This document shows positions 8,803-18,307 of a stretch of 64,000 bases of DNA, in pieces. The translations under genes were made by a program, and so were the position numbers. The notes below the pieces were generated by a model. It did not search any database. It saw only the letters and a list, made by a program, of their open reading frames with translations, and had not been told where the DNA came from. The stretch covers positions 608,001-672,000 of the forward strand of contig CAVVPN010000004.1 of assembly GCA_963750165.1 (NCBI GenBank), in the 5' to 3' direction. Each line of letters starts with the position of its first letter. The stretch's first letter is position 1. This stretch comes from an uncultured Gemmataceae bacterium. Lineage in GTDB: Bacteria; Planctomycetota; Planctomycetia; Gemmatales; Gemmataceae.

Positions 8803-10998
8803 TCACTCCTCCGGCTGCATCTCCTTCATGTGCGTCACCACCAACCGGATCACCTCCGGCGGCACACCCGGCCCCAACCGCACCTGCAGCGCCCGCAGCT
8901 GCTCGCCGAACTGCCGCACCGCCGTGGCGACGCGCTCGTAGACCGCGTTCGTCACCCACGGCGTCAGCGACCCCGGCCGCTCCGCCCGGATGTACTCGCA
9001 CAACTGCTCCAGTACGAGCGGCCGCGCCTGACCCGTCTGCCGCGCCACCTCGTCCAGCGACGAGCCCGCCCGGAACAGCGCGAACGCCGCCCGCCGCCCG
9101 CCGCCCGGCTTCGCTGCCGGCGCCGGCGCCGCTTTCACCTGATACTGTTGCAGCACCTCCAGGAAGATTTGCCCGAACTCGCGCAGCTTGTTGTCGCCGA
9201 TACCGTACAGGCCGCGCATCGCCTCCAGCGTCGCCGGCCGGTGCTGGGCCAGCTCGCGCAACGTCCGGTCGCCGAAAATGACATATGGTGGTTTGCCCAA
9301 CTCGGACGCCAGCTGCCGCCGCCGTTCGCGCAGCGCCTCGAACAGGCCGCGGTCCACCCCCTCCCACGACACCGCCTCGACCTGCGAGCGCTCCGCTTTT
9401 TGACCCTTCTTGCGCCGCACCAGTTGCAGCAACCGCACCGAGCGCTGGCCGCGCATCACCTCCCATGACGCCGGGTTCAACTTCAGGATCGGCACCTGGT
9501 CGCCCGAGGGCAGCGTCAGCGCGTGCTGCACCAGCACCTTCTGGCCGATCAGTTGATAGATCCAGTCGCGCAGGTCCAGCTTGGTCCGATCCTGTAACAG
9601 GCCGTAGGTCGAGAGTTTATCATGGTTGAACTTGGTGATCTTGTCGCTGGTTTCGCCGCGCAGCACGCTGATGACGTGGCCCAGGCCGAAGTGCTCCTGC
9701 ACCCGGGCCACGCAGGACAGGATTTTCTGCGCCACCACCTGGGCGTCGGGCACCTCGGCGGTGTCGCCCAGGCACAGGTCGCAGGCGCCGCACGACGGCT
9801 TCGGATATTCCTGGCCGAAATACTCCAGCAGCGCCCGGTGCCGGCAGACGGCGCCGCGGCAGTAACGGTCCATGTCGTCCAGGTGACGGTTGGCGCTGGC
9901 CACGAACGCCGGCCCCGCCTGAGCCTCCTCGGCAGACTTCTCAATGATCGACTTCCAGGTGAAGAAATCGGACCCGGAGTGCAGCAGCACGCACTCGGCT
10001 TCCAGGCCGTCGCGACCGGCGCGGCCGGTCTCCTGCTGATAGTGCTCCAGCGCCTTGGGCATGGCGGTGTGCAGCACGAAACGCAGGTTGGAACGGTCGA
10101 TGCCCATGCCGAACGCCACCGTCGCCACGATCAGATCGACCTCCTCCGCGGCGAACGCCTCCTGCGTGGCGGTGCGGTCCTCCGGCGCCATGCCCGCGTG
10201 ATAGCCGCGCACCTTGTAGCCGCGCTGCTGCAACGTCGCCGTCAACTCGTCCACGTCGCGCTTGCGCAGGCAGTAAATGATGCCGGCCTCGCCGGGGTGG
10301 CGGTTGAGCACGTCCAGCACCTGCCGCGTCGGGTCGTGCCGCGGCAGCACACGATAGGTCAAGTTGGGGCGGTCGAAGTCGCCGACCAGGAACTCGGGGT
10401 CGCGCAGCGCCAGCTGGGCCGCCATGTCCTGCCGCACCGGCTCCGTGGCCGTGGCGGTGTAGGCGTGGACGCTGGCGTCGGGAAACAGTTCGCGGATGCG
10501 GCTGAGCATGCGGTATTCGGGGCGAAAATCGTGGCCCCAGTGGCTGATGCAGTGGGCCTCGTCGATGGCGAAGGTCTTGACGCCGGCGCGGCGCAGCAGG
10601 TGATGGAACTCGGTCGTCACCAGCCGCTCGGGCGACAGGAACACCAGCCGTACCTGGCCGCTGACGAGCGCCTTTTCCGCCTGGAAGCGCTGTTCGGGCG
10701 ACTGCGAGCTGTCCACCTGCACCGCCGGCACGCCGCACGCCAGCAGGCCATCGACCTGGTCCTTCATCAGCGCGATCAGCGGCGAGAGGACAACGGTGGT
10801 GTCGCCGCGCAGCACCGCGGGGGCCTGGTAGCACAGCGACTTGCCGCCGCCGGTCGGCAGCACCACGACGGAGTCACGGCCCTCCAGCACGGCGCGCATG
10901 GCGCGCTCCTGCAAGGGGCGGAAACTTTGGTAGCCCCAGTGCTGCTCGACGACCCGCTTCAGGGCCGCGAGATCAAAGGCCGCGGGCCGGGTGGACAT
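8803..10998 (-). CDS. recQ: ATP-dependent DNA helicase RecQ
   Basis: PTGGGKSLCYQ, DEAHCISHWGHDFRP, ATVAFGMGID, YQQETGRAGRDG, Zn-binding CRH...CGACDLC, followed by RQC and HRDC domains. Confidence 0.97.
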   Translation of the reverse strand: MSTRPAAFDLAALKRVVEQHWGYQSFRPLQERAMRAVLEGRDSVVVLPTGGGKSLCYQAPAVLRGDTTVVLSPLIALMKDQVDGLLACGVPAVQVDSSQSPEQRFQAEKALVSGQVRLVFLSPERLVTTEFHHLLRRAGVKTFAIDEAHCISHWGHDFRPEYRMLSRIRELFPDASVHAYTATATEPVRQDMAAQLALRDPEFLVGDFDRPNLTYRVLPRHDPTRQVLDVLNRHPGEAGIIYCLRKRDVDELTATLQQRGYKVRGYHAGMAPEDRTATQEAFAAEEVDLIVATVAFGMGIDRSNLRFVLHTAMPKALEHYQQETGRAGRDGLEAECVLLHSGSDFFTWKSIIEKSAEEAQAGPAFVASANRHLDDMDRYCRGAVCRHRALLEYFGQEYPKPSCGACDLCLGDTAEVPDAQVVAQKILSCVARVQEHFGLGHVISVLRGETSDKITKFNHDKLSTYGLLQDRTKLDLRDWIYQLIGQKVLVQHALTLPSGDQVPILKLNPASWEVMRGQRSVRLLQLVRRKKGQKAERSQVEAVSWEGVDRGLFEALRERRRQLASELGKPPYVIFGDRTLRELAQHRPATLEAMRGLYGIGDNKLREFGQIFLEVLQQYQVKAAPAPAAKPGGGRRAAFALFRAGSSLDEVARQTGQARPLVLEQLCEYIRAERPGSLTPWVTNAVYERVATAVRQFGEQLRALQVRLGPGVPPEVIRLVVTHMKEMQPEE

Positions 10999-11195
10999 GT
11001 TGAGTTATTCTCCTTCCCCCCCACCATACCCGACAGGCGTACAGAGTTCCAGATTGGAAGCGGCCCGGGGCAGGTCAGAACCTTCAGCTCAGTCCGTCTT
11101 GTGCGGTCGCGCTGCATACGGTATGAGAGTTTCAACCACACGCGCCTAGAATGGCTTGAGAGCGATCTGTCACCCACCCGCACCGCGAGCCATTC

Positions 11196-12206
11196 ATGCA
11201 CACGAAACCACGGCTGTTGTTCACCCTGGGCGACGTGGCCGGGGTCGGCCCCGAAATCATCGCCCGCGCCTGGCCGCAACTGCACACCCTCTGTCGGCCC
11301 GTCGTCGTCGGCGATCCGGACTGGCTGCGGCGGGCGCTGCGGTTGACCGGCGTGCCGGCCCACGTCGAGCCGATCCGCGACCTGGAGCAAGCGCAGCCGA
11401 CACCGGACGTGCTGCCGTGCCTGCTGGCCACGGACGCGGACCTGAGCGGCGTGGTGCCGGCCCGCGTCAGCGCCGCGGCGGGGCGGGCGGCCTACGACTT
11501 CCTGTGCCGGGCCATTGACGAAACGCTGGCGGGCCGCGCCGACGGCATCGTCACGGCGCCGCTGCACAAGGAAGGGCTGCACGCCGCGGGCGTTCAGCAT
11601 CCGGGCCACACGGAAATCCTGGCGGAGCGCACTGGGGCGCGGCAGGTCGGCATGATGTTGTACGTCCGCAGTCCGAAATTGCCGCACGGCCTCGGCGTCG
11701 TCCACGTCACCTTGCACATGGCCCTGCGTGAGGTCTTCCGCCATCTGTCGGCGGACGCGGTGTACGAGAAAATTCGGCTGCTGCACGAGATCATGCCGCG
11801 GTTGAACGGCGGCCCGGCGGCGCTGGGCGTGGCGGCGCTGAACCCACACGCCAGCGACGGCGGCCTGTTCGGCGACGAGGAGCGCACGTTGATCGAGCCG
11901 GCGGTGCGGCGGGCGCGGGCGGAGGGTCTGCCGGTCACGGGGCCGTGGCCGAGCGACACACTGTTCGTGCGGGCGCAGCGCGGCGAGTTCGCCGGTGTGG
12001 TGGCCATGTACCACGACCAGGGCCACATCGCGCTGAAGCTGGTGAGCGAACTGCACGCGGTCAACATCAGTGTGGGGCTGCCGCTGGTGCGGACGAGTGT
12101 GGCGCATGGCACCGCTTATGACATCGTCGGCAAGGGCGTCGCGGACGAGCGCGGCCTGCTGGAAGCGGCGCGGGTCGCGGCCCGGCTGGTGGAAAAGAAA
12201 AAATAG
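11196..12206 (+). CDS. pdxA: 4-hydroxythreonine-4-phosphate dehydrogenase
   Basis: GDVAGVGPEI, VTAPLHKE, GHTEILA, LNPHASDGGLFGDEE, AMYHDQGHI and RTSVAHGTAYDI. Confidence 0.93.
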   Translation: MHTKPRLLFTLGDVAGVGPEIIARAWPQLHTLCRPVVVGDPDWLRRALRLTGVPAHVEPIRDLEQAQPTPDVLPCLLATDADLSGVVPARVSAAAGRAAYDFLCRAIDETLAGRADGIVTAPLHKEGLHAAGVQHPGHTEILAERTGARQVGMMLYVRSPKLPHGLGVVHVTLHMALREVFRHLSADAVYEKIRLLHEIMPRLNGGPAALGVAALNPHASDGGLFGDEERTLIEPAVRRARAEGLPVTGPWPSDTLFVRAQRGEFAGVVAMYHDQGHIALKLVSELHAVNISVGLPLVRTSVAHGTAYDIVGKGVADERGLLEAARVAARLVEKKK

Positions 12207-12301
12207 CCACAGAGGACACAGAGGACTCAGAGAGAAGAAGCGAGAAATGAAATAGCAATTCCTCTTTCTTCTCTCTGTGTCCTCTGTGTCCTCTGTGGCT
12301 A
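12204..12301. repeat. Inverted arrays of nonamer repeats (CACAGAGGA)
   Basis: tagccacagaggacacagaggactcagagagaaga ... tcttctctctgtgtcctctgtgtcctctgtggcta. Confidence 0.85.
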
Positions 12302-12315
12302 AGACCGTTCGCCAA

Positions 12316-12414
12316 GGAGGCGCCGAACAACAACTTCGTAGGACGGCTCTCCAGAGCCGTCCCGACGGCTCTGGAGAGCCGTCCTACTTTTGGAAGTTGT
12401 TGTTCGGCGCCTCC
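12316..12414. repeat. Nested inverted repeat (REPIN-like): outer 22-bp arms enclosing a GTAG REP doublet
   Basis: ggaggcgccgaacaacaacttc [gtaggacggctctccagagccgtc cc gacggctctggagagccgtcctac] ttttg gaagttgttgttcggcgcctcc. Confidence 0.85.
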
Positions 12415-12430
12415 CAAGGAGGAGGCAACG

Positions 12431-13651
12431 ATGCTCGATCCGCTGCCCTGGGAAGTTCTGCTGGGCCAGCTGCCCGACGGCTTTCATTACCAACTGCCGC
12501 CGCGCCAGCTCGGCCGCCTGCGCTTCGTGGGCCTGTTCCTGATTCTGAATACCCTGACCGTCGGCGGCCTGCTGTTGCTGGCACTGCTGCACGCCGACGG
12601 GCCGAGTTGGTGGCTCCGGGCCGGTCTCGCCGTGGCGACACTGGCCGTCGTGCGGTCGCTGGTCCGCCTGGGCTTTCTGATCTTCTGCGGGCACAGTCAA
12701 ATCCACCTGCGCCAGGGTCGATTGACGGCGCTGGAGTTCGCCGGCCTGTTCCTGCGGCGGCGCAGCGTGTCGTGGGGTGACGTGCGCCGCCTGAGCGTCA
12801 CCACGCTGCCGCTGGTCCAGCCTGGCGTGATCGTCGCCGATTGCGCCGGCGGTCGCCGTCTGTGGCTGGCCCCTGGGTATCCGCTCCGCATCCTGGCTCC
12901 GCTAGCGCGCGACCTGGCCCGACGCTGTGCCCAGCTCGCCGGCAGCGAGGCCATTCCCGTCAGGCAATGTGCGCCGTCACCGGCAGCGCCGGCGTTTGCC
13001 GAACACGCCATCGAGCAGGAGCGGCTCCATCCGCCACCGGACAGCCGCGTGCGCGTGACGGAGTGCGCCGACGGTGTGACTGTGGTGGTGCCGGCGGCAG
13101 GCGTGTGGCGCGGCAGCCGCGGCCTGTTCGCGTTCAGTTTGCTCTGGTGCGCCACGCTGGCAGGCCTGACAATGCTGGCCGGTAACCGCGGTGTCTTCGC
13201 GGGATTGCTCGGCGGTTGCTGGGCGGTGAGCGTGCTCCTGCTCCTGGTGGCGGTCGCGCGCGGCCGGCGGCGGGTCCTGCTGACGGTCGCGAACGAAACG
13301 CTGGTGCTACGACAACGGGGCCTGTTTCGGACCGACCGGCAGGATTGGGTCCGGGACGAACTGCTGGAAATCACCATCGGCCCGAGTTTCTGGAAGGATC
13401 GTGATGTGCCGCTTCTGGAACTGAAAATCTGGGAGTTTACGGGGCATTTCACGAGCCTGCTCGCCGGCCGCGACGCGGCGGACCTGGCATACCTCGCGAC
13501 CACCCTTCGCCACGCCCTCGACTTGCCGCTCAGCCCCGAGATGATGCCACGACTGGACGAGGCGACCGGGGAAGTAGCGGAACCGCCCGAACCCCAACGG
13601 TTGCGCCGCGCTTCCCAAGCAGGCGGTCCTGCGGGCCGGAGCAGTGGTTGA
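12431..13651 (+). CDS. Hypothetical membrane protein (two TM-hairpin + PH-like halves)
   Basis: GGAGG RBS; two hydrophobic helix pairs, each followed by a similar soluble segment, suggesting an internal duplication. Confidence 0.7.
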   Translation: MLDPLPWEVLLGQLPDGFHYQLPPRQLGRLRFVGLFLILNTLTVGGLLLLALLHADGPSWWLRAGLAVATLAVVRSLVRLGFLIFCGHSQIHLRQGRLTALEFAGLFLRRRSVSWGDVRRLSVTTLPLVQPGVIVADCAGGRRLWLAPGYPLRILAPLARDLARRCAQLAGSEAIPVRQCAPSPAAPAFAEHAIEQERLHPPPDSRVRVTECADGVTVVVPAAGVWRGSRGLFAFSLLWCATLAGLTMLAGNRGVFAGLLGGCWAVSVLLLLVAVARGRRRVLLTVANETLVLRQRGLFRTDRQDWVRDELLEITIGPSFWKDRDVPLLELKIWEFTGHFTSLLAGRDAADLAYLATTLRHALDLPLSPEMMPRLDEATGEVAEPPEPQRLRRASQAGGPAGRSSG

Positions 13652-13774
13652 GGACAGCGGCTTTGCCCTCACACCTCAACCGAAGCGGCTGCCGGGCGGT
13701 CTAAAAACTCCTCTACGTGATCCGCGGAAAGGAACAGGTGGTTAGCGCGCGTTGCGTTCGGGTGTGGCGGGTTC

Positions 13775-13986
13775 TTCGCCCCGAAGGGGCGGGACAACTT
13801 AGCCCAGGGCAACGCCCTGGGAACCAGGGAGGCGACTGTTACTCTGCTTTCTTCCGTGCCCTGAAGGGGCACCACAACAACGCTTGGGGTGCCCCAACAG
13901 GGCACGGAAGAGAGAAGCGGGGGGGGTCGCATCGGCGTCCCCAGGGCGTTGCCCTGGGCTAAGTTGTCCCGCCCCTTCGGGGCGAA
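13775..13986. repeat. MITE/REP-like element with 47-bp perfect terminal inverted repeats and internal hairpins
   Basis: ttcgccccgaaggggcgggacaacttagcccagggcaacgccctggg (13775-13821) versus its reverse complement (13940-13986); internal ccgtgccctgaaggggcac / gtgccccaacagggcacgg pair. Confidence 0.85.
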
Positions 13987-14081
13987 AGACACGACCGCAG
14001 AGAATGATCGTTTGATCTCCCCCGTATAAACGCGAGCATTTGATTTGGATTGTCGCACTTCAGCCATTCCGCCTCGGTCAT
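13987..14081 (-). pseudogene. 5' remnant of a Gemmataceae-type 'MTEAEW' family gene
   Basis: MTEAEWLKCDNPNQMLAFIRGRSNDHSLR matches the recalled family N-terminus (MTEAEWL.C.DP..ML.FL.G..S.RKLR) and breaks off at the MITE-like repeat. Confidence 0.65.
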
Positions 14082-14192
14082 GCGTTCACCCTCTGTCCGC
14101 CACCGGCCAGCGTTTTCCGCTCCGGCCGGCATCAAACTTGCTCTTCCTAATGGAAGGCACCTTTCGCCTCCATTCTCCCCAGGAGTTCTCTC

Positions 14193-14840
14193 ATGTCTGA
14201 CCTTGCTGACTTCCGCGTCGCCGTGCTGGCGACCGACGGCTTCGAGGAGGCCGAACTCACCGAACCCGTCAAGGCCCTCAAAAGCGCCAACGCCTGCGTC
14301 ACCATCGTGGCACCGAAAGCCGGCGAAATCCAGGCTTTTCGCCACGACACCAAGACCATCATGGTCCCGGTGGATCGCACCGTGCAGGACGTGCGCGCCG
14401 ACGAATTCGACGCCGTGGTGCTGCCCGGCGGCGCCCTCAACGCTGACTTCATGCGTGTCGTGCCGCAGGTGCAGATCTTGCTGCGCGAGATGCAGGAGGC
14501 GGGCAAACCGTTCGCCGTCATCTGTCACGCTCCCTGGGAGTTGATCTCCGCCGGCCTGGTGCGCGGCCGCACGCTGACCAGCTATCACACCATCCAGGAC
14601 GACGTGCGCAACGCTGGCGGCAACTGGGTGGATCGCGAGGTGGTCGAGGACGACAACTGGGTCACCAGCCGCCAGCCGGACGACCTGCCCGCGTTCACCC
14701 GCACCATGCTCAAGGTCTTCGGCAGCAGCCTGGCCGCGAGCCAGCGCGCAGCGCCGCATGCCGCACGACCCGTCCGCCGCGGTCCCGAAGCCGGGGCCGC
14801 GGCGGTAAATCGCGTCAACCGACGGCATCTCCGCGGCTGA
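14193..14840 (+). CDS. PfpI/DJ-1 family type 1 glutamine amidotransferase-like protein (protease/deglycase)
   Basis: VAVLATDGFEEAEL, FDAVVLPGG, AVICHAPW nucleophile elbow and VTSRQPDDLPAF; AGGAG RBS. Confidence 0.93.
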   Translation: MSDLADFRVAVLATDGFEEAELTEPVKALKSANACVTIVAPKAGEIQAFRHDTKTIMVPVDRTVQDVRADEFDAVVLPGGALNADFMRVVPQVQILLREMQEAGKPFAVICHAPWELISAGLVRGRTLTSYHTIQDDVRNAGGNWVDREVVEDDNWVTSRQPDDLPAFTRTMLKVFGSSLAASQRAAPHAARPVRRGPEAGAAAVNRVNRRHLRG

Positions 14841-14887
14841 TAGTGAATGGAAACTGCATTGCTGCCTGCACCCGGAGAGCGCCGCTC

Positions 14888-15613
14888 ATGAATGTCGTCT
14901 GCCTGCCCGTTCTGTGGGTCGCCTTTCTGACAGCCGACGGCCGCGCTCCGGCCGCGGCGTATCTGTATCAGCCATCCTACTCGAAGGAAGACTGTCCCGG
15001 GCCGGTGCGACCGTACCTGCCGCAACCGGGCGACATCATTCTGACCACGGATCGCTCGCGCATCATCCGGGCCGGTCACTGGCTGGTCGGCTGCGACGGC
15101 GTGCATCATTCCGCCCTGGTGTTCGCGCAGCCGGATGGCAGTCTGGCGGTGCTGGAAGCGGGGCCGTTTAACAGCCTGCGTGTCGAGATTGTCGATCTGA
15201 TGTACTTGCTGACCCGGCATGACGAGCGCGGCGAAAACGTGTGGATTCGCCAGCGCCGCATGCTGCTCACGGCGGAACAATCGGCAAAGTTGACCGCGTG
15301 GGCGCTGGCGCAGAACGGCAAACGCTTCGCCGGTTTGCGCATGCTCGGTCAGCTGACCGTCTTTCGCAGCCGGGGGCCGCTGCGGACGCACTTTATCGGC
15401 GGCCCGCACGGCGAGCGCAGCAGTTACTTCTGTTCAGAACTGGTGATGGAATCGTGCGTGGCGGCGGGGATCTGGGACGCGGCCCGCGCCCGCCCCGCGG
15501 CAACCTACCCGCGCGATCTGTTCACGGATCGCTCCACCAACGCCTTCCTGCGTGAGCACCTGGACCTATCCGCGTGCTGGTTCCCGCCGGCGCGGTGGAC
15601 GCTGTACCCGTGA
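14888..15613 (+). CDS. Secreted permuted papain-like (NlpC/P60, YiiX/YebB-like) protein
   Basis: PQPGDIIL...HHSALV (His) precedes YFCSELV (Cys), the permuted order; hydrophobic N-terminus. Confidence 0.75.
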   Translation: MNVVCLPVLWVAFLTADGRAPAAAYLYQPSYSKEDCPGPVRPYLPQPGDIILTTDRSRIIRAGHWLVGCDGVHHSALVFAQPDGSLAVLEAGPFNSLRVEIVDLMYLLTRHDERGENVWIRQRRMLLTAEQSAKLTAWALAQNGKRFAGLRMLGQLTVFRSRGPLRTHFIGGPHGERSSYFCSELVMESCVAAGIWDAARARPAATYPRDLFTDRSTNAFLREHLDLSACWFPPARWTLYP

Positions 15614-15704
15614 TGGGAGCTTACTGGCCGCGCGTGTTTCGCGGACCCGCGCGGCCAGTGCAGGGATCGGACGCACCTATTACCCCGGCGGGTAAGATCA
15701 TCAC

Positions 15705-15732
15705 GTAGGACGGCTCTGGAGAGCCGTCCTAC
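15705..15732. repeat. GTAG REP palindrome, same family as 12338-12387
   Basis: gtaggacggctctggagagccgtcctac. Confidence 0.85.
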
Positions 15733-15840
15733 ATGTTGACGCGGGATCAGTCACTCATCCTGGGGACAGTGGGTGTGTTGTCGGACGCGGTCATGTGGCA
15801 GATCGAGGGCTGCCTGAAACAGGTGCTGGAGATTCCGTAG
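15733..15840 (+). pseudogene. 3' remnant of a MazF/PemK-type toxin gene
   Basis: Translates as (M)LTRDQSLILGTVGVLSDAVMWQIEGCLKQVLEIP*, resembling the PemK/MazF C-terminus (T.D...I...IG.LS...M.QI..CLK..L.I). Confidence 0.55.
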
Positions 15841-15992
15841 GCAGGCTTTGCAAGGGGGACAGGTCCGCTTCATTCGCCACTACTGGCGAGATTGCAACCG
15901 TGTCTGCCGCCGGATAAACTCGGGAAAGGAAAAGTTCGCCGCACCGCGCCTGACCGGCACCCCGCCAAACAACTCCCAGGGAGCACCCACCC

Positions 15993-17309
15993 ATGCTGAC
16001 CATCCACGGCCCGCAACGCCGCCTTTGCGATGGCCTGACCCGCCGCGACTTCCTTCGCGCCGGCGCCCTCGCTGTCGGCGGCCTCACCCTGGCGGACCTG
16101 CTGCGCCTGCGGGCGCAGGGGGCGGCCCAGCCCACGTCGTCCGCCAAGGCCGTCATCATGGTCTACCTGAACGGCGGCCCCAGCCACCTCGACCTGTACG
16201 ACCTCAAGCCGGACGCCCCTGTCGAGTACCGCGGCGAGTTCCGGCCCACGCGCACCAACGTCCCAGGCATGGACATCTGCGAACTGTTCCCGCTCCAGGC
16301 CCAGATCGCCGACCAGTTCGCCATCATCCGCAGCATGCGCTTTCGGCAACAGGGCCACACCTCGCCCGAGTTGTACACCGGCTTCCTGACGGGCAACCGC
16401 CCCTCCATCGGCTCGGTGGTTAGCAAGCTTCGCCGCGACCGCGGCGTCATCGACGCTCTGCCGCCGTTCGTCGCGCTGGGCGACGCCAACCATGTGCCGC
16501 GCCCCGGTTTCCTCGGCCGCGCCCACGAGCCCTACCTGCCCGGCAACCGCAACGACAACCTGGGCCGCTCCCCCGGCATCAGCCTCGACCGCCTCGCCGA
16601 CCGCCGCGCCCTGCTGCAGTCGTTCGACAGCATGCGCCGCGACCTCGACGACGCCCGCGGCAGCCTGTCGGCGCGCGACGCCTTCACTGCCCAGGCGCTG
16701 GAAATGATCACCAGCAATCGCGCCCGCGCCGCCTTCGACGTGAGCAAGGAGCCCGAGCGCGTCCGGGCGAAGTACGGCCGCGGCACCGAGTACCTGCTGG
16801 CCCGCCGGTTGGTGGAGGCGGGGGTGCCGGTTGTGACGCTGACGCCGCAGAACCATCACGTGCCGACGCGCTGCAACGGCCAGTGGGACCACCACGACCA
16901 CATCTTCGAGTGCCTGCGCGTGGTGCTGCCGCAGCTCGACCGCTCGCTGCACGCGCTGCTCACCGACCTGCGCGACCGCGGGTTGGACCGGGACGTGGCC
17001 GTCGTGGTCTGGGGCGAGATGGGCCGCACGCCGCGGATCGGCACGCAGCGCGGCACCGTCGGCGGCCGCGACCACTGGCCGCAGGCGGGCTTCGCACTGC
17101 TGGCCGGCGGTGGCCTGCACACCGGCCAGGTGGTCGGCGCCACCGACCCGCGCGGCGAGAACCCGCGCGGCCGGGTGTACACGCCGCAGAACGTCCTCGC
17201 CACGCTGTACCGCGTGCTCGGTATCGACCCGTCGGCCACGCTGCCCGACCACCAGGGGCGGCCCATTTATTTGCTCGACGACCGTGAGCCCGTCGCGGAA
17301 CTCGTCTGA
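15993..17309 (+). CDS. DUF1501 domain protein (Tat-type signal)
   Basis: CDGLTRRDFL, GGPSHLDLYDLKP, LLARRLVEAGV, WDHH, WGEMGRTP and GRDHWP. Confidence 0.95.
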   Translation: MLTIHGPQRRLCDGLTRRDFLRAGALAVGGLTLADLLRLRAQGAAQPTSSAKAVIMVYLNGGPSHLDLYDLKPDAPVEYRGEFRPTRTNVPGMDICELFPLQAQIADQFAIIRSMRFRQQGHTSPELYTGFLTGNRPSIGSVVSKLRRDRGVIDALPPFVALGDANHVPRPGFLGRAHEPYLPGNRNDNLGRSPGISLDRLADRRALLQSFDSMRRDLDDARGSLSARDAFTAQALEMITSNRARAAFDVSKEPERVRAKYGRGTEYLLARRLVEAGVPVVTLTPQNHHVPTRCNGQWDHHDHIFECLRVVLPQLDRSLHALLTDLRDRGLDRDVAVVVWGEMGRTPRIGTQRGTVGGRDHWPQAGFALLAGGGLHTGQVVGATDPRGENPRGRVYTPQNVLATLYRVLGIDPSATLPDHQGRPIYLLDDREPVAELV

Positions 17310-17439
17310 GTGATGTCGGTCAGCTGACCGATCTGGTCGTTTGGGCCATCACGTCGGCGGTCGCCAGGGGGATGGCGCTGTCGTGGGAGGAGCTGCCTGT
17401 TAATTTGAATGGGTAACGCTTTCTCGTCGAGGACAGGCC

Positions 17440-18125
17440 ATGCCACTGTTAGACCACTTTCATCCACCGCTGAGTGAGCGCCGGCACTGGCACTCGTTCC
17501 ACAACTCGTGGGCCACCTATCTGTCCTCGCAGCTGAACTCCCTGCTGCCGGAGGGATACTTCGCCGAGGCGAACGTGCAGTTCGGCGTCGAGATCGATGT
17601 GGCTACGTTTGGGGAGGGTGCCGCGCCGCCGCTGCCAGCGGGGTGGGCACCCCCGCCGCCCCAGGCGAGCCTGCCCCTGGTACTGCTGGAGGCGGTCGTC
17701 GAGGTCGGCATCTTCAGCCGGGCGGGCCACGGTTGGCCGGGGCGGTGGAACTGGTCTCCCCCGCCAACAAGGACCGGCCGGCGCATCGAGAGGCGCTGGT
17801 GTCGAAGTGCGCGGCGTACCTGCAAGCGGGCATCGGTCTGGTGCTGGTGGACGTGGTGACCGACCGTTCGGCAGACCTCCACCGCGAACTGCTGGCCCGG
17901 GTGGGTGCGGGCGATCCGGGGCCGGGACCAGCGCTGAGTGGCTCGGCCTACCGCCCGGTGGAGCGGCAGGGGGCGGCGGTGGACGTGTGGCAGGAGCCGC
18001 TGGCGGTGGGGCAACGCCTGCCCACGCTGCCGTTGTGGCTGCGGGGCGGGCTGTGCCTGCTCGTGGAACTGGAGGCCACCTACGAGCGGATGTGCGTGGA
18101 GCAGCGCGTGCAGACCGCCGCGTAG
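17440..18125 (+). pseudogene. DUF4058 family protein (restriction-endonuclease-like fold) with frameshift at ~17716-17726
   Basis: MPLLDHFHPPLS..RHWHSFHNSWA in one frame continues as GGPRLAGAVELVSPANKDRP...LVLVDVVT...LPTLPLWL...ELEATYE in another frame. Confidence 0.85.
18062..18090 (+). repeat. 29-bp direct repeat, copy 1 (within the DUF4058 3' end)
   Basis: cgtggaactggaggccacctacgagcgga, identical to 19314-19342. Confidence 0.9.
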
Positions 18126-18307
18126 TCGCGGGGGCGGCGCCCCAGGCGCTGCATCTGGAGCCCGGATGAGGCGAAAGGGGCCAGGTTCCGCCTTCCCTTT
18201 GGTGGAGCGACTATGAACTTTCTGGCAGAGTTGGCAGAGGCGCCGAGGGACGAGACGTTTCCGCATTGAGGGCCGCCCCGGGACGTACTGGAACGGATGC
18301 CTGAGCC

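Noticed and set aside
17312..17417. Short open stretch DVGQLTDLVVWAITSAVARGMALSWEELPVNLNG as a gene remnant
   Set aside because: No recognisable family motif; too short to call.
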